A stretch of 20,243 nucleotides of DNA from the NCBI GenBank assembly GCA_045046875.1, contig JASFYY010000076.1, positions 1-20,243 of the forward strand. Reading direction: 5' to 3'. The notes under the pieces are model-generated. The model ran no database searches, was not told where the DNA came from, and was given only the letters and a program-made list of their open reading frames with translations. This document shows positions 1 through 8,694 of this stretch, one piece after another (position 1 is the stretch's first letter; the number at the start of each line of letters is the position of its first letter). The DNA is from Verrucomicrobiota bacterium (GTDB lineage: Bacteria > Verrucomicrobiota > Verrucomicrobiia > Verrucomicrobiales > DEV007). A program made the translations under genes and the position numbers.

Positions 1-85
1 CATCATTGAAGGCAGGGATGAGAAATCTTCATGAGCAGAGATCAGATTGGCAATTGACTCGAGTCGCCAAGAAGAAAGTAGTTTC

Positions 86-919
86 TCAATCTTCAAAAGG
101 CGACCCTCTTTCACCAGGTTTGATAACTGAATTGCGTTCGTTATCGAACGCTGCTTCCAGCTCATTTGCCATCTTGGGATCCGTGGTGTGTATGTGGGAA
201 GGCATCAAAGCTGTCAACTCCGCCTTTGTCAGACCTCCCATATTTTTCCGATGTTGCCTCATCAGCTCTACTCCGCGCTCTTGTGATTCTATGATATCAC
301 TAAAGCTATTAAAGCTAATCGCATCCACGCCAGGATGTTTTTTTCGATATGACTCAACGGCTTCGTTATGAAATTGAACGAGGTCGCTTACCGAGGTGCT
401 TTCTGGCATTTGATTGCGCCGCCCTCCAGGAGGAGCGCTCAATAGCATCGCTGCTGTTGTGGTCATCACAAAATATCCGTCGGTGAACTCAGTTTCCAGA
501 TCTATCGTACGAAAGCTTGTGAGATTGCCAGACAACCACAAGAGTAATTTATTGAGCCGCGGAATTGGAAGATGATAAAACGCAGCCATGATCGAATGAT
601 CCTTGGAAACCATAAACCGAACCACTGTTTGTTGTTTTGGAAAGTTACGGCGGTGCTCTAGGTCCTGATAGTCGCCCATATTCGAAAATCCTTGCAAATA
701 CATAGCCGCTTCGCTCGCCTCATAAAATGAGTAATCAATCCTTTTTACAGAACGCAACTCCGTAGGCTGATAGTCAGGATTACTATTTCCGAAGGTTTTA
801 TCAATGTCAGCATTTGATTGCTTAGCTATATCCAACGCCTTTTTTTGTTTGGATTTTTTTGATAAACTTAAGATTACCAAGCTGATGGCCAGAACGATAA
901 TTGCTGTTGACCAAGTCAT
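86..919 (-). CDS. Hypothetical membrane-anchored protein (277 aa)
   Basis: Long ORF with an N-terminal hydrophobic helix (AIIVLAISLVILSL) followed by a basic stretch; no family recognised. Confidence 0.8.
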   Translation of the reverse strand: MTWSTAIIVLAISLVILSLSKKSKQKKALDIAKQSNADIDKTFGNSNPDYQPTELRSVKRIDYSFYEASEAAMYLQGFSNMGDYQDLEHRRNFPKQQTVVRFMVSKDHSIMAAFYHLPIPRLNKLLLWLSGNLTSFRTIDLETEFTDGYFVMTTTAAMLLSAPPGGRRNQMPESTSVSDLVQFHNEAVESYRKKHPGVDAISFNSFSDIIESQERGVELMRQHRKNMGGLTKAELTALMPSHIHTTDPKMANELEAAFDNERNSVIKPGERGSPFED

Positions 920-942
920 AAAAACAATAAGCTAAAAAAGAA

Positions 943-2022
943 TTATCCCCTCTGTGCGGTATAAATATCGGCTGCAATAGGGAAATCAACTTCTCCTATT
1001 TTTAGAAACCGGGCATGCTGAGGCAAAGTGTTATTAAAAGTTGCAAAAAGTTCACGCCTGTTATCATAATCTTTTTCCATTCTGACTATGCGCTCTCTCA
1101 TCGCTTCCGGCAAATCCATTGAGTCACAGGAATTCATGAGGGAATTAAAGCATTCTTTTGCATTCGAATATTTGTGAACCACCAGAAAATCATCATTTTG
1201 ACGTAGCCACTCTAAAGAATTCAATGTAGATGATTTAGCAAATTCTGCGACACACCACTCCCTAATAGAATAAGACTGGAAGTAACTATAAGAATTAATG
1301 GGAGCAACACTATCCGATGAGTCTTTCTTTAACATTTTGTTTTCCCTATCAGCAAGAATCGTTTCAACTCTTGCCAAGGCACGGGACTCTGACAGCTTGA
1401 CGTAATTTGAAACAAACTCAATTCGTCTCGCGGGAAGAACCTTCGCCGTTGTTTCTTTTCGAGCTTCATGCAACTCTCGACACAGGTCATACGGTGCTTT
1501 CATTGCCATGCGAATCACCGTTTCGTTTTTTATTGCAATAAAATTTTCAGCTTGGGATTGATCGGTGACAACGATTGAAGCTCCATCATCAAACACCGAA
1601 TAAACCTCGGAATAAATACGCTCATCATCAAAGCCTTCCCAAATTAAAGCTACCACCGCATGCTCCTCGCAAACCATCGCCACGAATGTATTTTTATCTG
1701 AATTTGAACTGGAAAATACGCCCACTTCCTCGAAATCTATAGAGCGGTATTCTGCCACCTTGGCTTCCACAGAATCCGGGTTTTCCCAGCCAGGCGTAAT
1801 AACTCCAGTAATACAGGTGAAAGGCTCAGGGAAATCGAATTCCAGGGCATCTAAATCATCTCCATATTCGTTTTTCACTTCTTTAAACGTATTCCTTAGC
1901 CGGTAAAAAAAACGCGCGGCAAAAAATAAAGCAATACTCAGAGCGAAGACACTGATCCCGCCAATGATCGCAAGAATGTTTATTAGTATGGGAGACATAA
2001 TTAGTGACGCAGAAAAAAACAT
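943..2022 (-). CDS. Hypothetical membrane-anchored protein (359 aa; alternative start at 1998)
   Basis: Long ORF with an N-terminal TM segment (ILAIIGGISVFALSIALFFA) followed by basic residues; lies 23 bp upstream of 86..919 on the same strand. Confidence 0.8.
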   Translation of the reverse strand: MFFSASLIMSPILINILAIIGGISVFALSIALFFAARFFYRLRNTFKEVKNEYGDDLDALEFDFPEPFTCITGVITPGWENPDSVEAKVAEYRSIDFEEVGVFSSSNSDKNTFVAMVCEEHAVVALIWEGFDDERIYSEVYSVFDDGASIVVTDQSQAENFIAIKNETVIRMAMKAPYDLCRELHEARKETTAKVLPARRIEFVSNYVKLSESRALARVETILADRENKMLKKDSSDSVAPINSYSYFQSYSIREWCVAEFAKSSTLNSLEWLRQNDDFLVVHKYSNAKECFNSLMNSCDSMDLPEAMRERIVRMEKDYDNRRELFATFNNTLPQHARFLKIGEVDFPIAADIYTAQRG

Positions 2023-2035
2023 GCGCTGCCTAATT

Positions 2036-2065
2036 AATTTAAAGTAGTGGGATGAGGTAAGTCAA
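2036..2065 (-). promoter_or_regulatory. Possible sigma70 promoter for 943..2022
   Basis: Minus strand TTGACT-18 nt-TAAATT just upstream of the ORF. Confidence 0.3.
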
Positions 2066-2109
2066 ACACTAACTGACAAGACAAGAAAATGAAGTGCCAA
2101 CTATTCCGA

Positions 2110-2261
2110 CTATTTACTAAAGTCGAACGAATTAGGTTCCGTCGTGTAAAGTAGGTGGTAAGCCGGAAGTACTGCGCCTGAATTTTTTCGCGCTAATTCT
2201 TCGTTGAGGAACATGGAATAATAATCCCGATTTTTGGGCAATCGGTTTTCTTCATGGTCAT
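2110..2261 (-). pseudogene. Possible relic of a GT2 glycosyltransferase N-terminus
   Basis: MTMKKTDCPKIGIIIPC, then after a frameshift LNEELA...AVLPA; resembles the GT2 start motif IIIPC(L/F)NEE. Short and degenerate. Confidence 0.3.
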
Positions 2262-2298
2262 ATAGAACAATCGGACAGTCTATATCAGGCTTTCTCTG

Positions 2299-2350
2299 AT
2301 CAGTGTCTTTCAGTGCATATCAGTGGTTAAAATATCATTTAAACACTGAT
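2299..2350. repeat. Three TCAGTG units at exact 10-bp spacing plus one inverted CACTGAT
   Basis: atcagtgtct-ttcagtgcat-atcagtggtt (2299-2328) and cactgat at 2344-2350, directly after the stop of 2352..2903. Confidence 0.6.
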
Positions 2351-2351
2351 T

Positions 2352-2903
2352 TCACTTTTTCGAGGGGCCAATCAATTCGATGAAGTTGCCGTCCGGGTCT
2401 TGCACGGTTGCCAGGAATTTGCCGCCGCCTAGATCTACCGGGGTCTCGCCCAGCAGTTTCACATTGGCTTTTTTCACTCGCTCAACAGCGAGATCAAGAT
2501 CGGCGACAAATAGGGTCAGGTAAGAAATGGAAATGGTGGAGTGAATGAATTTCTGGTCAGGTTTTACTCCCGGTGCTTTGGGGAATGCCATCAGCTTGAT
2601 CCTTGCCGTAGTCGCTCCCTTGCTGTCATCGAGCACAAATACCCTTATGTTGGCCGGTTGATGATCCGTCAGTCCGAGGCGGGTTGCTTTGTCGGCGGAA
2701 ACGTCAAAACCTTTGACTTCTTTTAATCCAAGCACGTCGGCGTAGAAGGCGGCTGATTTCTCGACATTAGCCACGGTGATGCCAATGTCGATGGTCGACT
2801 TGGAAAAGACCTTGTCGCTGTCTTGAGCGGCGACATGGGCGGCATTGGAAAAAGTAAGGGCGGCGGTTAAGGAGAGGGTGGCAAACAGGTGGGTGATTTT
2901 CAT
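2352..2903 (-). CDS. Secreted VOC/glyoxalase-bleomycin resistance family protein
   Basis: Signal peptide (AHVAA-Q); IGITVANVEKSAAFYADVLGL and C-terminal QDPDGNFIELI VOC motifs. Confidence 0.88.
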   Translation of the reverse strand: MKITHLFATLSLTAALTFSNAAHVAAQDSDKVFSKSTIDIGITVANVEKSAAFYADVLGLKEVKGFDVSADKATRLGLTDHQPANIRVFVLDDSKGATTARIKLMAFPKAPGVKPDQKFIHSTISISYLTLFVADLDLAVERVKKANVKLLGETPVDLGGGKFLATVQDPDGNFIELIGPSKK

Positions 2904-2987
2904 GCCGCTAAGCTACGGCCTTTTATTAAAACGGCAAGTGACAGAAAGGAGCGATCCCGAGGGAGGAAATCTAACCAGGGCATTAGT

Positions 2988-3278
2988 GGGATGCAGGGCA
3001 AAATAGTTAAGCCGCTGATCGTTATGCGTTTCGCCCTTTGCAGGGCTGGAAGAATTGAAATTTTTACCCAGCGCTTCTCACTGGGCTATATCATTGAGCA
3101 CCGTTGGTGCAAAAAAGGGATGAAAGCAAACGGTCCTGTAAGGACAAAATGTGATAGCCCAGTGCGAAGCGCTGGGGTTAAATCGTTTTTATTACCAGCC
3201 CTAAAAGGGCGGAATGATTTTGATGGGGGATAAGCTAGCTTTCAATAAACAAGGGTTAAGATTTTTGTCCTGCACCCG
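2988..3278. mobile_element. Palindromic REP/REPIN- or MITE-like element, copy 1 (~290 bp)
   Basis: Imperfect terminal inverted repeats (gggatgcagggcaaaatagttaa / ttaagatttttgtcctgcacccg); nested inverted arms 3029-3049/3195-3214 and 3067-3089/3154-3176 (22/23 match); a similar inverted copy lies at 19927-20175. Confidence 0.8.
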
Positions 3279-3280
3279 TA

Positions 3281-3922
3281 TCAGTGCATTCGCGAGAAAT
3301 GTTCTTGCCAGCTCTGCGGCAGAGCCGGTAGCTTGGCGGCTTTTTGTCTGTCGTCGTGATGGTCCTTGTCGAAGTATCTGAGACGGGTGATGTCTGCGAC
3401 GGAGAGAGAGTTTTTTTCGCGGTGGCTTTGCACAATCTCATCACCGGCTTGGATGCTGCCTGTTTCGATCACGCGTAGGTAAAATCCGGTTTTCAGGCTT
3501 TTTAAAAAGGGGTGCAGGATTTGCGGGGCTTGCAGGATGATGCCGAGTTTGAAACAAGGCACGCGGGGATGGGAGACTTCCAGTTCAAGTTGTCCACCGA
3601 TGCGGAAACGGTCACCGATCATGACCTCGTTTTCGAACAGGCCGATGGTGCTGAGGTTTTCGCCAAATTGTCCGTAGGGCAAGTCTTTGGCCGGGCGGTG
3701 AAGTAGGTCGGCAAAATAGGCATAGTGCTCGTGAGGGAAAAGATAAACGGCTTTATCCGGGCCGCCGTGAACAGAAAGGTCGGCTTGTCCGTCGTCGTAC
3801 AAGCCGACGACATTAACGGTCACTTGCCCGCTTGCTGGTATCTTGAAGATACCAGTGGAAACCGATTGGCCTTGCCACTCGACCGTGCGGGGAAGGGATC
3901 GGTTGACGGATAACAAGTTCAT
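3281..3922 (-). CDS. yiiM: MOSC domain protein, YiiM-like (with 3-alpha C-terminal domain)
   Basis: DGQADLSVHGGPDKAV, GQFGENL, SHPRVPCFKL (conserved Cys) and TGFYLRV motifs. Confidence 0.9.
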   Translation of the reverse strand: MNLLSVNRSLPRTVEWQGQSVSTGIFKIPASGQVTVNVVGLYDDGQADLSVHGGPDKAVYLFPHEHYAYFADLLHRPAKDLPYGQFGENLSTIGLFENEVMIGDRFRIGGQLELEVSHPRVPCFKLGIILQAPQILHPFLKSLKTGFYLRVIETGSIQAGDEIVQSHREKNSLSVADITRLRYFDKDHHDDRQKAAKLPALPQSWQEHFSRMH

Positions 3923-4044
3923 CGGGAGAAATTTATGGTTTATAGTTTGAGCCGTAGTGTAGCGTAGACAGCCGGAGGATATTACCCTTAGGCAAATTGG
4001 AGTCGCAGAGTGTGGCGCGTAGTTAAATTTGAAATAGGGGGCAT

Positions 4045-4079
4045 AAAAAGGGCCGGGTGATTTGCATCACACCGGCCCC
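4045..4079 (-). terminator. Rho-independent terminator after the sialidase-family gene
   Basis: Minus strand GGGCCGGtGTGAT-gcaa-ATCACCCGGCCC followed by TTTTT, about 18 bp past the stop codon. Confidence 0.8.
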
Positions 4080-4097
4080 TGATAAAAATGCCGGCGC

Positions 4098-5276
4098 TTA
4101 TTTTTTAAAGTCAGCGGTCGAGAAGCTGCGGAAGGTGATCGCTTCCGGCTCGGACTCGGACATGTTCGCTCCGCGTTCGTAGAGGATGTGAACAAGGTCA
4201 CCTTTGCCGGCAGCGAGCGACGAATAACCGGCGATGCCGCTGTCGATTGCTTGTGAGCTGGCGTAGGTTTTGCCGTTGTCAGTGCTGAGGCGGGCGGTCA
4301 GTTTCATGCGCATGATCATGTTGGCAGGGTTGGTGAAAACCAAACCTGCTTTGGTATTGACCAGGCTGCCTTCACACATCGGCTCCAACAGGCCTTTGAT
4401 GCCAGTAGCTTCGCTCCATCCGGTAGCGCCGTCTTTGCTGGTGGCTTGGATGCGCAGACCTTTGAGATCTTTGTTGCGGATGTTGATGATCACCGAACCG
4501 TCGGCGGTCTGGGCCACGGCAGCTTCGAGAGGTTTCTCGATTTTGGTGCCGGTCTTGGCGTTGGTGATGTCGAGGTCAAAAGCGACGATCTCTCCACGTT
4601 TCCAGGTTTTACCTTTGTCATCACTATAGATGGTAGCGGTGGCAGCAGGTTGGAAGCCGATGCCGCCTGTGCCTAGTGATAACCATACGGGAACGACCAA
4701 ACGACCGCTGCTCAACTGAGTGCCGGTGCCGGGGCCAACTGCGATCAATTTCCAATCCACTTCGCTTTTGAACTCTTCGAATACTTTGGTGATTTCAACT
4801 GCCGGAGTGATGCCTTCGCCATTGGCGTCTGCGGTCATGTGGAAGACGCGGTTGTATTCTACGCCATAAAGGATGTGCACGGTGCCGTTTTTCTGATCGG
4901 CGATCAAGGTGGGGTTGTGAGTGGCGATTTCACCTGCGTGTGCTGGTTTTTTCAAGGCCAGTGAGACGGGGTTGTCTTTGGCGTCAGCTGGAGCGCTGGT
5001 GATTTTTTTGGCATCGCTCCAGGTTTTACCGGCGTCTTTGGAGGTGCGCATGAAGATGTCGACGACATCCCAACCGGAAGCTTTGTTTTTGCGGCCTTCA
5101 GCAACGGCGATCAGAGTGCCTGCTTTGCTGCTCACCAGACTGGGGTAGCGATAGAGGGCGTAGTCGGAGTCGCCTTGTTTGAAAAGATCGGTGCTTTCAG
5201 TAGGCTCGGCTTTCAGCATCGAAGTGGAGACTGCGGCCAGAGAGAGGGTGAGAAGTGTTTTCGAAAATAGTTTCAT
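4098..5276 (-). CDS. Secreted sialidase-family (GH33-like, BNR/Asp-box) protein
   Basis: Signal peptide; YRYP (RIP-type motif); Asp boxes SKDAGKTW, SDDKGKTW, STDNGKTY; C-terminal AGYSSL and LYE. Confidence 0.85.
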   Translation of the reverse strand: MKLFSKTLLTLSLAAVSTSMLKAEPTESTDLFKQGDSDYALYRYPSLVSSKAGTLIAVAEGRKNKASGWDVVDIFMRTSKDAGKTWSDAKKITSAPADAKDNPVSLALKKPAHAGEIATHNPTLIADQKNGTVHILYGVEYNRVFHMTADANGEGITPAVEITKVFEEFKSEVDWKLIAVGPGTGTQLSSGRLVVPVWLSLGTGGIGFQPAATATIYSDDKGKTWKRGEIVAFDLDITNAKTGTKIEKPLEAAVAQTADGSVIINIRNKDLKGLRIQATSKDGATGWSEATGIKGLLEPMCEGSLVNTKAGLVFTNPANMIMRMKLTARLSTDNGKTYASSQAIDSGIAGYSSLAAGKGDLVHILYERGANMSESEPEAITFRSFSTADFKK

Positions 5277-5464
5277 GTGAATAGCTTGTTTTTCTAGTGA
5301 TTTGAAGTGCTTACAAAAGATGCCATGTCAGTGTTTTGCAAGTGGGATTTTAATTTCAAGATCCAGGTTGTTGCTGTTTTTTTAGAATTAAGAATTAGAC
5401 AATCAGGGGATCACCACCAAGTTCAGACTGGTGCGGCAAAAGCCGTGCTTTCTTTTTTCTTCCG

Positions 5465-6835
5465 ATGTTCTTCCTTAAGCTCAAACCCCACTGGCAGATC
5501 CTTATAGCATTGGCATTGGCCGCCTTTGCCGGTGCCGCGTTGGGGCATGATAGCAAAGACGGTAACGGGCTCAGTGGTTTCGGGGTTTTTGTCATCGCCA
5601 CTTGTCGTTTTTTAGGCACGATTTTCATGAGCGCGCTTAAAATGGTGATTGTGCCGTTGATTGTGTCTTCGATTGTGACCGGTATCGCCGGGCTGGGTAA
5701 AATGGATGGTTTTGGCAGGATGGGTTTGAAAACCCTGATGTATTACGCTTTGACCAGCCTGATGGCGATTCTCATAGGTCTGGCGGTGGTCAATGTGATG
5801 AAACCCGGGTTCAAGGACGGGGTGCCCAATCCGGTGATCAAAAAGATGTTGGATGATGAAGCAATCAAATTGGGCAAAACCCCAAATGAAAAGGTTGATG
5901 CCGCCAGTAAAAGAGCCAGCAACGGGACAAAAACGATCCTCGATGTGTTCAAGAGCATGGTGCCGACCAATATCGTCAAAGCGGCCGCCGAGGGGCAGAT
6001 GTTGGGTTTGATCTTTTTCAGTATTGTTTTTGGAGCCGCGATGACCCGTATGACGGGGGAAAGCGCCGAGGTGATGAGGCATTTTTTCCTCGCTTTGAAT
6101 GATCTGATGATAGCGATCACCAAAGGGGTGATGCTTTTTGCCCCGCTGGGAGTGTTTGCCCTGATCGTGCCAGTGATGGCGGAGACGGGTTTATCGACTT
6201 TGTTCGGTACTTTGTTCAAATATTTTGTGGTCGTTTTGCTGGCGCTGGGGATTCATATGTTTGTGGTTTTGCCCCTCATGTTAAAAACTTTTGGCAGGGT
6301 GAGCCCCTGGCGTCATTTCAAGGCGATGAAAGAAGCCATGTTGACAGCTTTTTCCACCTCGTCCTCTTCCGCGACTTTACCCGTGACGATGCGTTGTGTG
6401 ATCGATAATGCAGGGGTGTCGCGTCGGACGACCAGTTTTGTGCTGCCTCTGGGAGCGACAGTGAATATGGATGGCACGGCACTTTACGAATGTGTGGCGG
6501 TGATCTTTACCACCCAGGTATTGGGCTATCCGCTGTCGATGCCGGAGCAGTTTGCGATTGTATTCATGGCTTTGATCACCAGTATCGGAGTGGCGGGTGT
6601 GCCTTCCGCCAGTCTGGTGGCAATACTTATTATTTTTAAAAGCGCCAATATCCCAGGTTTACACCCGGCGGCGGCGATGGCAGTGCTGCTGGCGGTTGAT
6701 CGTTTGCTCGATATGTCACGCACCGTGGTGAACATTTTCAGCGATTCCTGCGGAGCGGTCATCATCGGTATCTCAGAAGGGGAGAAAAATATTTTGCAAG
6801 ACGAAAAAAGGGACGTTTTTGAGGAAAGTTTCTAA
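5465..6835 (+). CDS. Dicarboxylate/amino acid:cation symporter (DAACS, GltP/GltT family)
   Basis: AFSTSSSSATLP, LPLGATVNMDGTALY, ITSIGVAGVP and DRLLDMSRTVVN signature motifs; multiple TM segments. Confidence 0.95.
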   Translation: MFFLKLKPHWQILIALALAAFAGAALGHDSKDGNGLSGFGVFVIATCRFLGTIFMSALKMVIVPLIVSSIVTGIAGLGKMDGFGRMGLKTLMYYALTSLMAILIGLAVVNVMKPGFKDGVPNPVIKKMLDDEAIKLGKTPNEKVDAASKRASNGTKTILDVFKSMVPTNIVKAAAEGQMLGLIFFSIVFGAAMTRMTGESAEVMRHFFLALNDLMIAITKGVMLFAPLGVFALIVPVMAETGLSTLFGTLFKYFVVVLLALGIHMFVVLPLMLKTFGRVSPWRHFKAMKEAMLTAFSTSSSSATLPVTMRCVIDNAGVSRRTTSFVLPLGATVNMDGTALYECVAVIFTTQVLGYPLSMPEQFAIVFMALITSIGVAGVPSASLVAILIIFKSANIPGLHPAAAMAVLLAVDRLLDMSRTVVNIFSDSCGAVIIGISEGEKNILQDEKRDVFEESF

Positions 6836-6850
6836 TTTTATCAGAAGGTT

Positions 6851-6920
6851 AATAAAATTAAAAAATAAAATTAGAAAATTAAAAAAAAGTATCGACGGGA
6901 GAATGTGAAATGCGTATTGT
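6851..6920 (+). promoter_or_regulatory. Putative sigma70 promoter with A-tract UP-like element
   Basis: A-tracts at 6851-6888, then TCGACG (6892-6897)-17 nt-TATTGT (6915-6920), upstream of 6979. Confidence 0.45.
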
Positions 6921-6978
6921 GGTTTTACCTCGTGGGCGTCAGGCATATACTAAATAAATACATAAATACCCTGTAATT

Positions 6979-7410
6979 GTGGAAACACTCATTGAAACGG
7001 AAAGTTCTGATTCTGCGGAAACGGAGCCAGTTGAAAAAAACAACCCAAACGGGTTCACAGAGCCGATTACACCCGGTGAAGTGCCCTCGGCTGTGTTGAA
7101 AACGGCGCTCGAGAACGAGACGCCACGTCTTTTTGGTGTCTCTGCCCATGGAATAAGGGGGCGCACAGGCCCTGAAGAGGAAGCCGCGATTGGCCGCGAT
7201 CTGAATGCGATGAAAGAGGGCAGTGAGGCCATCGGGGAAGAGTTGGGTATGGAAACGATCGGATATGTGGTGATGTATGATGGCTATACTGCGATTGCTT
7301 ATCGCTACGACTCATCGTCTAGTCCCAGGGATCCGCATTTGATTGGGGCTATGGTGAATCGCCGTATGCCGATGCGGGAGTTGTTGAAAGTCATGGGTGA
7401 CGCTGTTTGA
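6979..7410 (+). CDS. Hypothetical protein, possible roadblock/LC7-like fold
   Basis: 143-aa ORF with GTG start; acidic disordered N-terminus, then helix-IGEELGM-beta-strand pattern. Confidence 0.65.
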   Translation: METLIETESSDSAETEPVEKNNPNGFTEPITPGEVPSAVLKTALENETPRLFGVSAHGIRGRTGPEEEAAIGRDLNAMKEGSEAIGEELGMETIGYVVMYDGYTAIAYRYDSSSSPRDPHLIGAMVNRRMPMRELLKVMGDAV

Positions 7411-7443
7411 GTGATGGGAAGCTAGCTTACAAATTTTTTTAGT

Positions 7444-8010
7444 ATGATTGATAATGGAGATAGTTCTGAAACCTTGGAGGTGCTGTTAGCCTCTGGAACT
7501 GTGAGGGGGACTTGTTTGTTGAAAAACGGCGAGGTTATTTATGAAAAATTCCCTTATTCAGCGGCGCGTTTGGTGAAAGTCTGCCGAGTGGTTGAGGGAC
7601 TGACCAAAGAATTCAAAGCACAGGGGCGTATGGTTGACCAAATGGCCTTTGGCTACGATGGTGGTAACTTGCTCGCGGTTACAGAGGGTAATTACAGGGT
7701 GATTTTCATGCACCTGATGAATGATGAGATTGATTTTCTTGCCAAGGCCGCCCGGGTTCTTCTGACAGATCTTATTGCTGCGGACAAACCTGCTAGAGAT
7801 GCGGTGTCACTCGATACGGTGCCAATTTCGCTGGTAAAAAACAATTTGGGATCTGATGTAAGGGTAGAAGATACCGCAAGAGTGGAGATCTTGACAGCCC
7901 CCCCCACAGAAGAGGCTCCAATAGCGGAAGCAGCGGGTGGATTGTCCCCGGAAAATATGTCGGTGGAGGATTTGGTTGGCTATTACTCTTCGCAAGACGC
8001 TGAAAAGTAA
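7444..8010 (+). CDS. Roadblock/LC7 (MglB-like) domain protein with acidic low-complexity tail
   Basis: VRGTCLLKNGEVI-helix-QMAFGYDGGNLLAV-RVIFMH-helix matches the roadblock secondary-structure order; co-oriented with 6979..7410. Confidence 0.65.
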   Translation: MIDNGDSSETLEVLLASGTVRGTCLLKNGEVIYEKFPYSAARLVKVCRVVEGLTKEFKAQGRMVDQMAFGYDGGNLLAVTEGNYRVIFMHLMNDEIDFLAKAARVLLTDLIAADKPARDAVSLDTVPISLVKNNLGSDVRVEDTARVEILTAPPTEEAPIAEAAGGLSPENMSVEDLVGYYSSQDAEK

Positions 8011-8011
8011 G

Positions 8012-8551
8012 CTATTTGACCTGTTGCACCAAGGATAGATCCACCATCAAATCCTGGGTGATGGCCTCGAGGTCGCTGCGGAAATCATCCAGTGATTGTT
8101 CGTCCGGCATGCGCAAGAGCGCGTTGGCCTGGAATAAAGTCTCACCGGACCAAGGGGCACTGCTGAGTTTGGTATTGAGCTCTTCGACATTGCCTGAGTG
8201 GGCGGCGATGACGGCGGATATCTGGCGGACGATGCCGGGTTGATCCTGGCCAACGACTTCCAATTGCAAGACGCAGCCGCTGCTAGAGGGGCTCGCAGCT
8301 GATTGAGGATGGTTTCCTGCGACCACTGAGATGGTCAAGCCATCTTTTGCCAGAGCGTCGAGAGCATGGGTGAGTTGGTCAGCCTGGGCAGAGGGGATTT
8401 CGATCAAGAGGATGCCGGCAAATTGCCCGGCCAAGTGGGCCATCTGGCTTTGCAACCAGTTGCCTCCGTTTTCGGTGACGGTGTGGGAGAGGGATTCGAC
8501 GAGTCCTGGACGATCAGGGCCGATAATGGTGATGACTAATGAACTTTGCAT
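8012..8551 (-). CDS. gcvR: GcvR-like double ACT-domain protein
   Basis: LVITIIGPDRPGLV...SQMAHLAGQFAGIL and a second ACT repeat VVGQDQPGIV. Confidence 0.85.
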   Translation of the reverse strand: MQSSLVITIIGPDRPGLVESLSHTVTENGGNWLQSQMAHLAGQFAGILLIEIPSAQADQLTHALDALAKDGLTISVVAGNHPQSAASPSSSGCVLQLEVVGQDQPGIVRQISAVIAAHSGNVEELNTKLSSAPWSGETLFQANALLRMPDEQSLDDFRSDLEAITQDLMVDLSLVQQVK

Positions 8552-8694
8552 AGGCTATAGAGGGAAGGTGGCAGGACACGGACCGTCGCGCAAGCCCGGG
8601 CTTGCAGTATTCCCTTGCGTAGCGGTGGGGTTTCGCCAACTTAGGAGCGTGGCAGTTGAAGCGTATTTGGCTGTAGGAAGAAAAAAATGATATC

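Noticed and set aside
1..943. Possibility that the left-hand AT-rich genes are also integron cassettes
   Set aside because: No attC-like AAC...GTT hairpin follows either stop, and the 23-bp gap between the genes is too short for one.
3029..3214. CRISPR array or tRNA/ncRNA interpretation of the repeat
   Set aside because: The units are inverted rather than direct, there are no unique spacers or cas genes, no cloverleaf is evident, and a dispersed second copy points to a mobile repeat.
2889..3233. 114-aa plus-strand ORF
   Set aside because: It reads through the palindromic repeat element and has no protein-like features or transposase motifs.
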